A stretch of 64,000 nt of DNA. It comes from Tubiluchus corallicola. Lineage: Eukaryota; Animalia; Priapulida. Each line of letters begins with the position of its first letter. Position 1 is the stretch's first letter. The notes under the pieces were generated by a model. That model did not search any database. It was given only the letters and a program-made list of their open reading frames with translations, and was not told the origin of the DNA. Position numbers and translations under genes: made by a program. Of this stretch, positions 63,278-64,000 are shown one piece after another. Location of the stretch: the NCBI GenBank assembly GCA_030141605.1, contig JAQGDQ010000650.1, positions 55,457 to 119,456 of the forward strand, written 5' to 3'.

Positions 63278-64000
63278 CAGGGCATATGAGAGTGGTCCAG
63301 CAGGTGCTTTGGAGCCCAAGAACTAAGAAAGTCCCACAGCAATCATGCAGTACCCCCTAGAGAACAAGCACTTTCTACTACCCCCAGCCCGATATACACT
63401 TATATTGTATCTATCCAATGAGAATGTATCTTCACAAATCAGCATGTCCGAAACGACAGGAAAGTTTAGTTAGAGAGGCAAGGCAGAGAAGAGGACAGCA
63501 GGCACTCTTTCAGATGGGACTAGTAGGACTTAATACACTTCCTGTAAAAGACTGCGCAGGCCCTTCTATTTTGGAAAAAAAATAGAAGAAAATGTTGAAA
63601 ATCCAGATCTAGCACGACTGAGTATTGGATCTGGCATTGCCAGACAAATTGATTTTGATAGTGTCATTAGAAATGTTGCAAACAAAAAAGCCAGAAAAGC
63701 ACATTTTAATTAGTAATCTAGTTAAATGTTAAATTTGTTTTTTATTTTTTAAAGAAAAGTATTCTCCTTTGAAAAAAATATTATGAACGTTTAAAAAGCA
63801 TTTCACTATAAAACAAACCTAACGGGGTGATTAGTGAATGTAACCATAAATATAGATTTATGTTGCTGCATTAATTGAATATGTTTGCTACAGTATGCTA
63901 TATCTGATCATGAAAATAAAGCATTTATGACAGTTAACACGTAGATTTTGTGGACATCGAATCCTCAATTTTGAGAAAAATCTTTGCCCGCTTTGGAGCC
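63278..64000 (+). mobile_element. internally deleted hAT element (ZMYM1-like transposase tail), runs off window end
   Basis: Starts cagggc. 63607-63714 translates DLARLSIGSGIARQIDFDSVIRNVANKKARKAHFN*, the typical hAT dimerisation-domain end. Confidence 0.65.

Overview
AT-rich, intron-rich animal (invertebrate, probably protostome) nuclear DNA. It is not prokaryotic, so most short ORFs in the supplied track are exon fragments or noise. Gene models built by hand from GT/AG sites and protein motifs, in order: POLR1D/RPAC2 (minus, partial), nested antisense inside an intron of WDR19/IFT144 (plus, last six exons, stop 3701); an intronless mitochondrial GCAT/KBL (plus, 12295-13605) with an intact-looking TIR transposon ending 17 bp before its ATG; a complete mesh/SUSD2-like NIDO-IPT-AMOP-VWD-Sushi-TM adhesion gene (minus, 41506-16933, 24 exons per isoform, about 1162 aa); a divergent 7-exon phosphomannomutase (plus, 44286-58365); and a probable orphan terminal exon of a further minus-strand gene (60372-60493). 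Introns and intergenic DNA carry many non-autonomous DNA transposons (hAT, Tigger/pogo, Helitron-like, TGT-ended), several nested, plus a decayed CR1-type LINE. Most notable: the mesh gene has a tandemly duplicated second exon whose two copies are frame-incompatible, implying mutually exclusive splicing. The intron between them holds an inverted repeat placed to pull the upstream 5' splice site close to the downstream branch point, a candidate RNA-structure-controlled isoform switch in an adhesion protein. All coordinates were read by eye and may be off by a few bases.
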